The position numbers were made by a program, and so were the translations under genes. From Dehalococcoidia bacterium (GTDB taxonomy: Bacteria > Chloroflexota > Dehalococcoidia > GIF9 > UBA5629), in NCBI GenBank assembly GCA_011170325.1, contig DUEX01000003.1:16661-59116 (forward strand): a stretch of 42,456 nt of DNA. The letters are read 5' to 3'. The stretch's first letter is position 1, and every line of letters begins with the position of its first letter. Below are positions 8,293 through 19,100 of the stretch, piece by piece. The notes beneath the pieces were generated by a model. The model saw nothing but the letters and a program-made list of their open reading frames with translations. It did not search any database and was not told the origin of the DNA.

Positions 8293-9144
8293 TCAAGCAG
8301 TAAGCTCCAAGCTGATATCTAGGGCTTTTGAGGAATGGGTAAGAGCTCCTATTGAGATAAGGTCAACGCCAGTTTCAGCGATGGCTCGAACTTTACCTAA
8401 AGTGATACCGCCAGAAGCTTCGATTAGAGCTCGACCTTTGATTAACTGGACAGCCTGACGCATGTTATCAAGGTCCATATTATCCAGCATGATGATATCA
8501 GCTTCGGCTTCAGCAGCTTCAACAGCTTCCTGTGGAGTTTTAACCTCCACCTCGATTTTTAGCTTAGGGGAGGCTTTGTGGCGGGCTCTAACTATAATTT
8601 CCTTTAGATTTAGTCCTTGGCTACGAAGTGCTGCTAGGTGGTTATCCTTAATCAGAACAGCTTCTCCTAGGTGCATGCGGTGATTTTTGCCTCCACCAAC
8701 TCGAACAGCATATTTTTCTAATGCTCTTGAGCCTGGTATAGTCTTTCTAGTATCAGTGATTTGGGTAGGTAGTCCTTTGACAGCTCTTACATAGCAGGCT
8801 GTCTCTGATGCGATACCACTAAGGTGCTGTAAGAAATTCAAGGCTACTCGCTCGGCTTTTAGTATGCTGGCAACCTTCCCTTCTGCTTTAGCTATTATAT
8901 CCCCAGGCTTGATATTAGCTCCATCCTCGATAAGTATGTCTATCTTTAATTCGGGGTCGACTTTGAGGAAAACTTGCTTGGCGGCTTCGGTTCCAGCTAT
9001 GATTCCTTTTGCCTTAGCTAGGATCGAGGCCTTCCCTCTCTGATCGTCAGGTATCAGTGCCTCAGTAGTAACATCTCCCTGGCCGAGGTCTTCAGCTAGA
9101 GCTTGGTCGATAAGCTGTTCAGTTTGCCTGTTCGATAGTTTCAT
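8293..9144 (-). CDS. nadC: Nicotinate-nucleotide pyrophosphorylase (carboxylating)
   Basis: EDLG.GDVT, DTRKT, HR, IKDNH, MLDN, EASGG, ISIGALTHS. Confidence 0.97.
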   Translation of the reverse strand: MKLSNRQTEQLIDQALAEDLGQGDVTTEALIPDDQRGKASILAKAKGIIAGTEAAKQVFLKVDPELKIDILIEDGANIKPGDIIAKAEGKVASILKAERVALNFLQHLSGIASETACYVRAVKGLPTQITDTRKTIPGSRALEKYAVRVGGGKNHRMHLGEAVLIKDNHLAALRSQGLNLKEIIVRARHKASPKLKIEVEVKTPQEAVEAAEAEADIIMLDNMDLDNMRQAVQLIKGRALIEASGGITLGKVRAIAETGVDLISIGALTHSSKALDISLELTA

Positions 9145-9463
9145 CTCCTTACCCTGATTCTACCAGACATTAGGCAAATTACAAATAATTTCCCAGCGTT
9201 TCTGTATCTAGTATGAGCCTTTGAGACAAGGCTTCACGGGAACTTATTGGAATAGCCGGGCTCACTTCCAGTGAGTAACATATATAAACGATCAGTATTG
9301 TCAGTTGCCTGAATAAGTACCAATGATGTGCCAAACCCTCTCGGAACTCATTTAAGAGTCTGCCATATTCTATGTGGCATTCCATCTCATTTTAGCTAGA
9401 TGTATAATTTTCCTACAGTTTATCTTATACTACGGAGGTATAGCGAAATCTGGAGGTTTCGAT

Positions 9464-9814
9464 ATGAAAATATCCAGTCTAGATAGAGTCAAAAAGGTGG
9501 ATCCGAGTATGGAAGGTGCGGAAGGCATCTATAAGCAGGTTCCTATATCAAAAAATGATGGCTCTCCATCATTTTGCTTTCGTGTATTTACTTTTGAGCC
9601 CGGCGGCCATACCCCCTTTCACCGACATCCAAGTGAACATCTGAATTATATAATTGAAGGTAATGGTACCATAGTTACGGAAAGTGGTGAAGAGCGTGCA
9701 ATCAAAAAAGGCGATTTCGCTCTTATCTTCCCTGACGAAAAACACCAGTTTAAGAACAAATCGACAAGCGAGCCCATGATCATGATTTGCGCAGTTCCCA
9801 AGGAGTACGAATGA
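9464..9814 (+). CDS. Cupin-domain protein
   Basis: PGGHTPFHRHPSEH...P.EKHQF cupin motifs; GGAGG SD before the ATG at 9464. Confidence 0.9.
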   Translation: MKISSLDRVKKVDPSMEGAEGIYKQVPISKNDGSPSFCFRVFTFEPGGHTPFHRHPSEHLNYIIEGNGTIVTESGEERAIKKGDFALIFPDEKHQFKNKSTSEPMIMICAVPKEYE

Positions 9815-9889
9815 ACCTGGACTTGATTGACAACCCCCTCTCTAAAGCCGTAGTTAAATTCTGCAACCACAAGGGTTTAGCTGCTGTGA

Positions 9890-10195
9890 CTATTTAAACT
9901 CATTCTTAGATAGCATTGTAAGCATGACAGCTGCTATCCCCATGACCTGCCCTCCCAAATTAAGGACTGCAAAAAGAGACCCAGCGAGTGCTAACCCCCA
10001 CTTTTTCCTCTGCGCTGCATAGGCGCCGCCCACTATAGCCAATATCCCGGCAATAACTAATAGGACTACAACTGATGGCCCAAATAGTGACCACCAACTT
10101 GGCTCCAACCTGATTATTAAACCTTGAATCAAACCGGAAGCGCCAGAAACTATGTCCAGAATTGCAGCAGCTGTCGGCTTCCACGTTCTTTCCAC
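9890..10195 (-). CDS. Small membrane protein (3-4 TM helices), function unknown
   Basis: AAGGAGGT SD before a GTG; hydrophobic helices; KKWGLALAGS motif. Confidence 0.8.
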   Translation of the reverse strand: MERTWKPTAAAILDIVSGASGLIQGLIIRLEPSWWSLFGPSVVVLLVIAGILAIVGGAYAAQRKKWGLALAGSLFAVLNLGGQVMGIAAVMLTMLSKNEFK

Positions 10196-10349
10196 TTGTT
10201 ACCTCCTTACTCTAATTCTTCTAGGTTTAGCCAATTATGTGTGGTCAAGTATCTCCCAGTTTTTCCCATGGTAAACGTATGAAGCATTGTTTGTCTAGTG
10301 AGCTAGTTCCTAGCCAAGTTAGTTTATAGTTCTTAAACCATGTTGTACA

Positions 10350-10490
10350 CTTGGAGAAGTGCTTCAAATGCATTTCTACTGCATCTTAGTGTTTCACTAG
10401 CCTAGAATTGCAAACCTCTTAACAAGCTTAGCCTGTTCCTACGAAATTTATTATTAACTTCGCTGTCAGTTGTGCACTTCAACAACGCAT
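10350..10490. repeat. Diverged ~140-bp intergenic element, copy B
   Basis: CAAATGCATTTC (10365) and TTGTGCACTTC (10470) in the same order and near-equal spacing as copy A. Confidence 0.6.
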
Positions 10491-10640
10491 GCGAAAAAAT
10501 CAGACCTGTGTTTCATACTATCGCCAATTATCGTTGACCATCGCCTAAACAGGCAATGCAATCAAACCCAGTCATAAGCAACAAGTCTAATAGCCTCAAT
10601 ATAGTCACACTGTCGGGGGGGGCAGCGGTTGGCAATGTCA

Positions 10641-11225
10641 CTACTCTTTGCTCTTACCAGTAGTTACCTGGAGCTCTTTCAGCCTGTACCGGTTTCTAAA
10701 CCCTACAAATACAATAATAGCTAGTGAGTAGAAGATTAGCATTGCTGACCCCTCGAATAGCCAGATAAGCAGGGGCAGGAAAGGAGCGACAATGCAGATC
10801 ATTGAGAAGATACGGCGGGTAAAGAACAAAGCAATACCCATTAGCCCTAAGATGATAGCCATTGCCTCAGGTGCTAGAACAAAAAAAATACCCATGATGG
10901 TGGCTACGCCTTGACCGCCTCTGAAGCCAATGTAGATGGGAAAGCAATGGCCAAGTATAGCGGCAAAGCCAGCTCCCAACAACCAGGGTTGGGAAACGCC
11001 CAGAGTCTGGGCAATAAGTATAGCGGCGACTCCTTTTGCCATATCCGCTAGCGAGACAACAGTGCCTTCCAAAAGGCCAATTTGCCGAAAGACACTGCCA
11101 GCCCCCATGTTGCCTGTGTCAACCTCACGGATGTCTATGCCTCTTCTGAGCTTGGCTACAATGTAAGCTGAGGGGATGGAACCCAGCAGGTAGCCGATGA
11201 GTATGACTGACAGCTCTAATAGCAT
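10641..11225 (-). CDS. plsY: PlsY-family glycerol-3-phosphate acyltransferase, atypical motifs
   Basis: GYLLGSIP, D.AKG and GHCFP...FRGGQGVAT; motif 1 reads DTGNMGAGS and the C-terminal HxxN motif is not evident. Confidence 0.85.
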   Translation of the reverse strand: MLLELSVILIGYLLGSIPSAYIVAKLRRGIDIREVDTGNMGAGSVFRQIGLLEGTVVSLADMAKGVAAILIAQTLGVSQPWLLGAGFAAILGHCFPIYIGFRGGQGVATIMGIFFVLAPEAMAIILGLMGIALFFTRRIFSMICIVAPFLPLLIWLFEGSAMLIFYSLAIIVFVGFRNRYRLKELQVTTGKSKE

Positions 11226-11549
11226 GTCTTCATTCTTTTAGCTATTATATCAAAATTATATAAGGACTAGGTCTACATCCCCCTTTTAGCAGAATATGGG
11301 GTGCTTAGGGTCTAGTTAGGGCTTCATCAGCTTCTAATTAGGGTTGGCTAAAGGTGGGCGAGATTCTTTTACAGTGTCTGACCAGGGCCTGTGGCTACAG
11401 GTATGGTGGAGGTTGACAGAATAAATTTTGCCTGCCAAAAATGTGGAGACAAATATTCGGGCTATGAGCATGATGAGCTACTGCTGCTTCAACCTGCCAA
11501 CTCATTTTGGTAAACAAGCCCGCCTTAATCTAAGAGCCATTAATAACAA

Positions 11550-11698
11550 CTTATGAGGCACTGCAAATGCATTTCCGTTTTATCTAGCGTTTTGTTAGAT
11601 TGCGCTGTGTCCTTTACATTGGTGGCTAAACCTAATTTGTTGCATATTCCATTACCAATCTTGCTACCAATTGTGCACTTCTGTAAATCATTTCGCAT
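11550..11698. repeat. Diverged ~140-bp intergenic element, copy A (also spans a possible 52-aa minus-strand ORF, 11540-11698)
   Basis: CAAATGCATTTC (11564) and TTGTGCACTTC (11671). Confidence 0.6.
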
Positions 11699-11831
11699 GT
11701 TTCCTTCCTTGACCTCCCAAGGTATTAGATGAATAAACTCCGTTGTTTTAACAAATCTGGCTGTGCTACAATTCGGCCAGGGCTAGTCTGCAATCCCCTT
11801 GATTTACGGCTAGCCCTTTAGGTATTTGGGG

Positions 11832-14800
11832 ATGAATCTGTCCTGTCTTCTTTCCTTAATCAAACAAGTTCCTGATTACCAGCAGTTGAAAGGCGAACTG
11901 GTTGAGCCGCAAAAGACTGAAAATAAACTGGTGGTGCCTGATGCCGCCAAGCCTTATCTTATGGCCGCTCTCTACCAGGAACTAGACTTGCCTATATTAG
12001 TAGTAACTGCCCAACCTGAGAATGCGAAGAGACTCTACGATGAGCTTCAAGCTTGGTGTTCTAGCTCAGCCTCATTACATTTTTTCCCTGAAATCGATTT
12101 TTTGGCTGGTGAATATTCTACAGTCGACCCCATTACCACAATCGAAAGGTTACAAACACTGTCCACTCTTATTCTTTACCGGAGTGCATCACCGGATAGA
12201 CGGAATCTTCCTTTGATAGTGAGTCCTGCCTTGGCCGTGGCCAGTAAGACTATGCCCCAGACTGACTTCACCGCAGCTTGTCACACCTTGGAGGTAGGAA
12301 TACACATCGACCCACTCCAGCTTATAGAAAGATGGCAAGCTATAGGTTATGAGTTAGAAAGCATCGTAGAAGTGCCGGGAACAATAAGCCGGCGAGGTGG
12401 TATCGTTGATATTTTTCCCCCAAATAATGAGCTACCTGCCCGAATAGAGTTCCTTGGCAACCAGATAGACAGCATCAGGCTCTTCGACCCGAAAACACAG
12501 CGTTCGTCAAAGTTAGTAACCTCAGTAATGATAACTCCAGCTGAAGAAGGCCAACTGTGCCTTGATACTGACACTATTCTAGATTATCTCCCTGAAAAGA
12601 CATTTTTGATTACGGATGACCTTGGTGAAATTGAAGCTGTCATTGACAAAGTAAGCAGCCAAGCTGAAGAGTTCCGACAGGTAAAGATAGAACGTGGCGA
12701 ACTAGCACCAGATTCGCCTCCTCCTTATTTACCTTGGGCAGAATTTGAGACGAAGATTAAGAAAGTTAAGCAACACTTAACATTATGCTCCTGGAATATC
12801 GATAACACTGGTGGATCCTGTCTTCAGTCTTTACCTTTGACTTCAGTGCCAAGCTACGGAGGCAGGCTTGAAGCCTTCTCTAAAGGATTGAAACAAATGC
12901 TTGAAGAAAATCGTCGCATCGTTATAGTTAGCCAGCAAACAAATCGTCTCTCCGAGCTCCTTCAGGAACAAGATATCCTGGCTCATCCAGCTTTGCAGAT
13001 AGAGCAGGTGCCTCTTCCAAGGTCAGTTACCTTGGTTCAAGGGTCAATGGCTGAAGGCTGGGCGATGAAAGATATTATCACTCTGGTTACCGATAATGAG
13101 GTATTTGGCTTCGTTAAGCAGCGGCGCTTATTCAAGAAGAGATCAATGCACCACCGCTGGTTCATCTCCGAATTAACACCAGGTGATTACATAGTCCACA
13201 TTGAACATGGTATTGCCAAATTTGCTGGGCTAACTAGAATGCTTGCCGAGGGTATCGAACGGGAATATCTTATTCTAGAATATGCCGCCGGTGACACACT
13301 TTATGTGCCTAGTGACCAGATTGACCGTGTCAGCCGCCATATTGGTGCCAGCGACCAACCGCCAATGCTAAGTCGGTTGGGTACTCAGGAATGGGCACGA
13401 ACCAAGCAACGTATTAGAGAATCTGTATCTGATATCGCCCAGGAGCTTCTAAATCTCTATGCTGCCAGAGAGATAGTCTCTGGCTTTACCTTTTCCCCGG
13501 ATAGCTTATGGCAACAGGAATTAGAGTCCTCCTTCCCTTATGTGGAAACCCCTGACCAGTTGGAAGCTGTTCATGATGTCAAGAGTGACATGGAAAAACC
13601 AAGGCCAATGGACCGACTTGTTTGCGGAGATGTCGGTTACGGTAAGACCGAAGTTGCCCTCCGGGCTGTCTTCAAGACAGTGATGGACAACAAGCAGGCA
13701 GCCTTGCTAGTTCCGACTACGGTGCTAGCCCAGCAACACTTCGCTACTTTTCGTGAAAGGCTACAAGCTTTCCCAGTGAGGGTCGAAATGTTGAGCCGCT
13801 TTTGCTCAGAAAGAGAACAAGCCAATATAATCGAAGGTATAGCTAGAGGTACAGTGGATATCTGTATCGGCACTCACCGCTTGTTGCAAAGGGATGTCAT
13901 GTTTAAAGACTTAGGGCTGATAATCATCGATGAAGAACAACGCTTTGGGGTAGCGCACAAAGAACACTTTAAGAAACTGAGGCAAGGGATAGATGTTCTC
14001 ACTCTAAGTGCCACTCCTATTCCACGTACTCTTCACATGTCGCTGGCTGGAATAAGAGATATTAGCACTATGGAAACACCACCGGAGGAGCGTTTACCAA
14101 TTAAAACTTATGTTGGTACTTATGATGATAGGCTGGTTCGTGAGTCAATACTGCGTGAGTTAGAGCGGAACGGCCAAGTCTTTTTCGTTCATAACCGAGT
14201 TCAGAGCATTGCCTCAGTTGCTAGCAGACTAGGTAGTTTAGTTCCGGAAGCTAGAATATCCATCGCCCATGGGCAAATGCCCGAAGGGGAACTGGAAAAA
14301 ATAATGGCAGAGTTTACTAGCCGCAAGAGTGATGTTTTGGTTACCACTACTATTATCGAGTCTGGCTTGGATATGCCTAATGTCAATACCTTAATTGTTG
14401 ACCAAGCAGACAAGCTGGGCTTAACCCAACTTTATCAATTGCGGGGTCGCGTTGGGCGTGGCAGCAACCATGCCTATGCTTATTTTTTCCTTGACACGGG
14501 GAAACAACTAACTCCTCAAGCTCGGAAACGGCTCAGAACTATCTCTGAGGCCACAGAACTAGGTGCTGGATTTGCCATTGCCATGAAAGACTTGGAGATT
14601 CGAGGGGCTGGTAACCTCTTAGGAGTAGAGCAGAGTGGCTATATAGCTGCTGTGGGCTTTAACCTTTATTGCCGCTTGCTAGCTGAGGCAGTGGAGGAGC
14701 TAAAGCAAAAACGGATGGGGGATGGCAGGAGAAAGACACCCCAACTGCCAGCTCCCACTATAGCTTTACCTGTGACCGCTTATATTCCTGAGGAATATGT

Positions 14801-15176
14801 CTCTGCTCCAAGCACTAGGCTAACCTTCTATCAACGATTAGCTACTATAAAGCGAGATGAAGAAATAAAAGACATAGCTCGGGAACTGCGTGATAGATTC
14901 GGAGCAGCGCCACAGCCAGTGAAGAACCTCCTTTATATAGTAGAAATAAAACAGCTTGCTGCTGAAGCAGAGGTAGAATCTATTTTCACAGAAGATAAGC
15001 AGATTGTGTTGCGCTTTGATAGTGCAAAGGAATTGGGCAGACTACCTTTATTAGAAGATTATAAAGATGTAGTAAAAATAGGTACCAGACAAATAAAATT
15101 AGACATAAAGCGCCTTAGAAATAGCTGGCAAGAAGTATTAAAGAAGGTACTCCAAAGAATAGCTACAAATACTTAG
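11832..15176 (+). CDS. mfd: Transcription-repair coupling factor
   Basis: UvrB-homology region (RGGIVDIFP), RID (HIEHGI), [35 protein letters not shown]. Confidence 0.98.
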   Translation: MNLSCLLSLIKQVPDYQQLKGELVEPQKTENKLVVPDAAKPYLMAALYQELDLPILVVTAQPENAKRLYDELQAWCSSSASLHFFPEIDFLAGEYSTVDPITTIERLQTLSTLILYRSASPDRRNLPLIVSPALAVASKTMPQTDFTAACHTLEVGIHIDPLQLIERWQAIGYELESIVEVPGTISRRGGIVDIFPPNNELPARIEFLGNQIDSIRLFDPKTQRSSKLVTSVMITPAEEGQLCLDTDTILDYLPEKTFLITDDLGEIEAVIDKVSSQAEEFRQVKIERGELAPDSPPPYLPWAEFETKIKKVKQHLTLCSWNIDNTGGSCLQSLPLTSVPSYGGRLEAFSKGLKQMLEENRRIVIVSQQTNRLSELLQEQDILAHPALQIEQVPLPRSVTLVQGSMAEGWAMKDIITLVTDNEVFGFVKQRRLFKKRSMHHRWFISELTPGDYIVHIEHGIAKFAGLTRMLAEGIEREYLILEYAAGDTLYVPSDQIDRVSRHIGASDQPPMLSRLGTQEWARTKQRIRESVSDIAQELLNLYAAREIVSGFTFSPDSLWQQELESSFPYVETPDQLEAVHDVKSDMEKPRPMDRLVCGDVGYGKTEVALRAVFKTVMDNKQAALLVPTTVLAQQHFATFRERLQAFPVRVEMLSRFCSEREQANIIEGIARGTVDICIGTHRLLQRDVMFKDLGLIIIDEEQRFGVAHKEHFKKLRQGIDVLTLSATPIPRTLHMSLAGIRDISTMETPPEERLPIKTYVGTYDDRLVRESILRELERNGQVFFVHNRVQSIASVASRLGSLVPEARISIAHGQMPEGELEKIMAEFTSRKSDVLVTTTIIESGLDMPNVNTLIVDQADKLGLTQLYQLRGRVGRGSNHAYAYFFLDTGKQLTPQARKRLRTISEATELGAGFAIAMKDLEIRGAGNLLGVEQSGYIAAVGFNLYCRLLAEAVEELKQKRMGDGRRKTPQLPAPTIALPVTAYIPEEYVSAPSTRLTFYQRLATIKRDEEIKDIARELRDRFGAAPQPVKNLLYIVEIKQLAAEAEVESIFTEDKQIVLRFDSAKELGRLPLLEDYKDVVKIGTRQIKLDIKRLRNSWQEVLKKVLQRIATNT

Positions 15177-15209
15177 CTACTTAGGTAAACTCGTAGCCGC
15201 GGGCAATCC

Positions 15210-15467
15210 CTAGTCCTCTATGCCATAATCGCGAAGATAATCAATAACATCTTGGACTGCAACAATTTTCTCCGTATCTTCGTCTGATATTTCTAACTTT
15301 TGTTCTGGGGTGCTGAACTCCTCCTCTATTGCTGTAATAAGCTCTGCCAGATCAGAAGGACCAACGTTAAGGTCATCAATAAAGGATGCTGAGGGTACTA
15401 CTGATTCCTCATCAGCACCAAGTTGTTCCACAATTACCTTCTTAAGCCGCTCTAAAATGGTTGCCAC
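15210..15467 (-). CDS. Acyl carrier protein homolog lacking the DSL attachment motif
   Basis: AcpP-like throughout ([12 protein letters not shown]...ASFIDDL...EEEF...EISDED.EKI..VQD), but the GADSLD segment reads NVGPSD. Confidence 0.85.
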   Translation of the reverse strand: MATILERLKKVIVEQLGADEESVVPSASFIDDLNVGPSDLAELITAIEEEFSTPEQKLEISDEDTEKIVAVQDVIDYLRDYGIED

Positions 15468-15485
15468 TCTTCATTCCTCTAGGTG

Positions 15486-15950
15486 TCAGACTCGTTTGGT
15501 CCTCTCAATCAGTTCCTGACCTCTTCCTTGCTGTACACAATCAGCGACTACTGAGCCTAAAACTCCGTTAACAAATTTTTGGGAGGTATCACTGCCGAAA
15601 CTCTTAGCTAACTCGACAGCTTCATTAATAGCTGCTTTAACTGGGGTTCTATTATCTAACAAAATCTCAAATATGGCAAGGCGGAGAATATTTCTGTCGA
15701 TAGTAGCTATTTGTTCCACAGGAAAAGCAGGAGCGAATCTTCGAATCGTATCATCAATATCCTCCTTATTCTGAAGAATCCCGGTAACTAGTTCCCGAGT
15801 AAAGTCAGCCGCCTCCTCCGGCAAAGCTTTCTCTTGTAGCAAGCGAGCTAAAACCTCCTCCGGTCCATGAGCGGAACAGTCAATCTCATAAAGTGTCTGT
15901 AAAGCAGCAATTCTGGCTTTGCGTCTGAATCCAGTCACTCTAATACTCAT
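15486..15950 (-). CDS. nusB: Transcription antitermination factor NusB
   Basis: RRKAR.AALQ.LY, DRNILRLA, INEAVELAK.F, FVNGVL. Confidence 0.97.
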   Translation of the reverse strand: MSIRVTGFRRKARIAALQTLYEIDCSAHGPEEVLARLLQEKALPEEAADFTRELVTGILQNKEDIDDTIRRFAPAFPVEQIATIDRNILRLAIFEILLDNRTPVKAAINEAVELAKSFGSDTSQKFVNGVLGSVVADCVQQGRGQELIERTKRV

Positions 15951-17076
15951 CCCCGAACAAGTGAATATTTCCTAGCCGCATACGGTATAATCCAGCCTCT
16001 TTAGCTACTTTTAGGCACCGCTCAGCGTGCTGGAGCGAAGTAGTTGGCAAATCTGTCATCAAGAAATCAGGATGGAAGCCAAGGAGAACATAAGGTATAT
16101 TTGGGTCTAAAGAGGCGATGAATGTAGCAATATTAAAAATTTCCTCTTCGTCTATGTAGCCAGGAATAAGCAAAGTACTAGCTACGAGGAAAGGCGGCGA
16201 AGGTCTCCTCTTAATATAATCAGCCAGAAGGTGGAAATTCTCGAGGGTTCTTTTGTTACTTACTCCGCAAAGGGCAATATGTAACTCCTCACTCCAAGCT
16301 TTAAGGTCGAACTTGATACAACCACCAGAGTTGAGAGAAAGCTCAGCAACTTGCTTAAGTAAAGCTGGATGCATCGAACCATTAGTCTCCCAGCAGATGC
16401 GGAGGATACGCCCTTTACTTTTATCTATAGCTAAGCGGGAGGCACGCAAGGCATGAGGCAATTGCGGTGTTGGGTCACCACCAAAATAACAAATGCAGGA
16501 AGTGTGATCATCAACGGCGTCAGCTAGTTCCGTGGGACTGGCCCAATTCTGTTGCCCTGCTGCCAATCGGTAGTGCCAATTTTGACAGAAGAGGCAGTCA
16601 AAAGAGCAGGCTTGATAAAAAACAGCTAGATTTTTATAACCATGCTCAGGTCCTGGACGGTAAGCAAAGTCGGGATAGCCTGAACCTATGCCACCAGGAC
16701 AAACCCAATCAGCAACGCAGTTCGTAGGTAGCGGGTCATAATACCAGCTTACATTACCTTTCTTAGTAGTAGCACCAGTGAGTTTGCCTGCTATGGATAG
16801 GCGTAAGCCGCAATAACTTCTCTCGCCATCCGAAAGTTGGCATTCATTAAAGCACAGGTGGCAAGCTATACTGCCTTCTGCCTTCGGCGGTTGTGGTGGC
16901 AAGTTGAAAGACTGTCTCGATTCTCGATGAGCTTTTTGGATGAGAGGCGCAACTTTTTCAAAATTCTGGCGGATACAATCAAGACATAAACCCAGGATTT
17001 GAGAAATAAGGACGGATCCCTTGTTGCAATGCATACACCTGGTAGCAGTTTTAAGAGGTAAGTTATGTTTTAGCAT
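15940..17076 (-). CDS. Radical SAM protein (PFL-activase-like/AmmeMemoRadiSam-like) with extra N-terminal Cys clusters
   Basis: CSFDCLFC, FGGDP, ETNG, DLKA motifs; N-terminal CxxC and CxxCxxxC; exact start uncertain. Confidence 0.88.
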   Translation of the reverse strand: MLKHNLPLKTATRCMHCNKGSVLISQILGLCLDCIRQNFEKVAPLIQKAHRESRQSFNLPPQPPKAEGSIACHLCFNECQLSDGERSYCGLRLSIAGKLTGATTKKGNVSWYYDPLPTNCVADWVCPGGIGSGYPDFAYRPGPEHGYKNLAVFYQACSFDCLFCQNWHYRLAAGQQNWASPTELADAVDDHTSCICYFGGDPTPQLPHALRASRLAIDKSKGRILRICWETNGSMHPALLKQVAELSLNSGGCIKFDLKAWSEELHIALCGVSNKRTLENFHLLADYIKRRPSPPFLVASTLLIPGYIDEEEIFNIATFIASLDPNIPYVLLGFHPDFLMTDLPTTSLQHAERCLKVAKEAGLYRMRLGNIHLFGDEY

Positions 17077-17196
17077 TTTTGACTATGGCTCTAGCTTGAA
17101 ATTTAGCCAGTCTGGTGAAGCACAGCTATTACTTGTAGACTGACAAATCTGTTTGCAATTTCGGCAGGCTTTGCCTATGGTCTAAGCAGTGGGCAA

Positions 17197-18141
17197 TCAT
17201 CCCTTACGCCAGCTTGTTACTTCGCTAACAGTTTGAGCATTGCTGACGTTGAAAGTCTGCACTCCTGGACTGATTCGCTTAATCAACCCGGTGAGCACCT
17301 CCCCAGGACCTATCTCAAAGAAAGTAGTTACACCCCTGGCTATCATGTTCTCGACGGATTGCTGCCACTGGACGCAGTGAGCGAGCTGGTTAACGAGTTC
17401 CCCCCTTATTGCTTCAACATCTGTCAGCGGTTGGGCGGTAACATTAGCCACAACCGGAACTGATGGTTTTTGGAAAGTGAATCCTGAGATAGCGTTCTTA
17501 AAACCATCCAAGATTGGTTCCATCAGCACGGAGTGGAAAGCACCGCTTACCTTTAAGGGAATAACTCGGCGGGCACCCTTTATCTGCGCTAGCCTCCTGG
17601 CTTTAACCAGGCTGTCTTGAGCGCCACTGATGACGATTTGACCTGGAGAATTGATATTAGAAATTTCAGTGCCTACAGAGAGACAGATGTCCTTAATGGC
17701 TTCTTCGTCTAGACCAATTATGGCCAGCATCCCACCAGGCTCCCTGCGCCCCGCTTCGTTCATTAATCGTCCTCTCTCGCGAACCAGACGCACCGCGTCA
17801 GGTAGGCTAAGCGCGCCGGCAACCACCAACGCTGTATATTCACCTAAGCTATGCCCAGCAACGAAGGTAGGAGGTGGCAAGTTATCGCCGCTAACCTCTT
17901 GAGCCGCTTTCAGACAAGCAATGCTTGTAGTTAATACTGCTGGCTGAACAGCGATAGTCTGTGTAAGGTCCTCCTCAGGGCCTTCAAAACATAAACGAGA
18001 CAGAGAAAAGCCTAAAGTTTTATCCACTTCATCAAAAACTTCCCTGGCTGAAGAATAGTGAACATAAAGGTCTAAACCCATGCCTACTGCTTGAGACCCT
18101 TGCCCAGGAAAGACATAAGCGACTTTTATCTCTTCGACCAT
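17197..18141 (-). CDS. fabD: Malonyl-CoA:ACP transacylase
   Basis: FPGQGSQ, GHSLGEY, VSGAFHS, EIGPG. Confidence 0.97.
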   Translation of the reverse strand: MVEEIKVAYVFPGQGSQAVGMGLDLYVHYSSAREVFDEVDKTLGFSLSRLCFEGPEEDLTQTIAVQPAVLTTSIACLKAAQEVSGDNLPPPTFVAGHSLGEYTALVVAGALSLPDAVRLVRERGRLMNEAGRREPGGMLAIIGLDEEAIKDICLSVGTEISNINSPGQIVISGAQDSLVKARRLAQIKGARRVIPLKVSGAFHSVLMEPILDGFKNAISGFTFQKPSVPVVANVTAQPLTDVEAIRGELVNQLAHCVQWQQSVENMIARGVTTFFEIGPGEVLTGLIKRISPGVQTFNVSNAQTVSEVTSWRKG

Positions 18142-19100
18142 GTTTCCTCCTCCTTTAATTTGAGTTTACCCAGAGTGCCAATCGTTTTCTCAGCTTCAGA
18201 CATAATATCCTCAATAATTATCTTGACAGGTTTTATTTCTTTTATTAGACCAGCTATCTGACCTGCCATAAGCGAACCATCTTCTATATTACCCTGAATA
18301 ACTCCAGAAAACAACCTTCCACTACCAAATTCCTCCAACTCTGCCTTAGATGCACCAGCTTTCTCCATAGCCATAAATTGGCGTGTCAGCTTATTCTCTA
18401 AACAACGTACTGGGTGTCCTGTCGACTCCCCCGTAACTACTGTAGCTCGATCTTGTGCGGCAAGAATCTGCTCTTTGAATTTTGGATGAGCAATGCACTC
18501 ATCCGAGCAAATAAAGCGCGTCCCCATCTGCACACCTTGAGCTCCAAGAGCTAAAGCTGCTACTAGCCCCTGCCCATTAGCAATCCCACCAGCAGCTATC
18601 ACTGGCACCTTAACACTGTTCACCACTTGAGGCAGCAACGCCATGGTGGCTGTTTCACCAATATGCCCACCTGATTCCATGCCTTCAGCAATAACAGCAT
18701 CTATGCCCAGTCTCTCCAGACGTCGAGCCAAAGCTACACTGGAAATAACTGGCATAACCTTAACCCCGGCTTCTTTCAAGGCAGGAACATGAGCGCCAGG
18801 ATTGCCACCGCCAAAAGTGACAATGTCCACCTTCTCATCCAAAACCACCTTGAGGTTTTCTTTAAGGAAAGGGGACATCAGTAAGATATTAACGGCAAAT
18901 GGTTTATCAGTCCTCTCTCTAGTCAATCTGATTTGGTCTCTTAACCAACTTGAAGGGGCGTCTCCGCTGCCAATTACCCCTAAACCTCCAGCATTGGATA
19001 CCGCTGATACTAACTCAGCTGTCCCAAGCCAGGCCATCCCACCTTGAATAATGGGATATTTAATGTCTAATAACTTACAAAGAGCAAAGTTAGACAGCAT
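18126..19100 (-). CDS. fabK: Enoyl-ACP reductase II (FMN-dependent)
   Basis: YPIIQGGMAW, EG.ESGGHIG, AAGGI, QMGTRF, GSLMAGQ; fab context. Confidence 0.92.
   Translation of the reverse strand: MLSNFALCKLLDIKYPIIQGGMAWLGTAELVSAVSNAGGLGVIGSGDAPSSWLRDQIRLTRERTDKPFAVNILLMSPFLKENLKVVLDEKVDIVTFGGGNPGAHVPALKEAGVKVMPVISSVALARRLERLGIDAVIAEGMESGGHIGETATMALLPQVVNSVKVPVIAAGGIANGQGLVAALALGAQGVQMGTRFICSDECIAHPKFKEQILAAQDRATVVTGESTGHPVRCLENKLTRQFMAMEKAGASKAELEEFGSGRLFSGVIQGNIEDGSLMAGQIAGLIKEIKPVKIIIEDIMSEAEKTIGTLGKLKLKEEETWSKR

Noticed and set aside
9179-9385. 68-aa minus-strand ORF upstream of nadC
   Set aside because: No SD or recognisable motif; lies in a divergent promoter region
10615-10622. G8 tract as a phase-variation switch
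   Set aside because: Short, intergenic, downstream of plsY and not within a recognisable promoter
15940-17076. Radical SAM as a membrane-spanning lipid synthase or ladderane enzyme
   Set aside because: Motifs look PFL-activase-like and no B12-binding domain is evident
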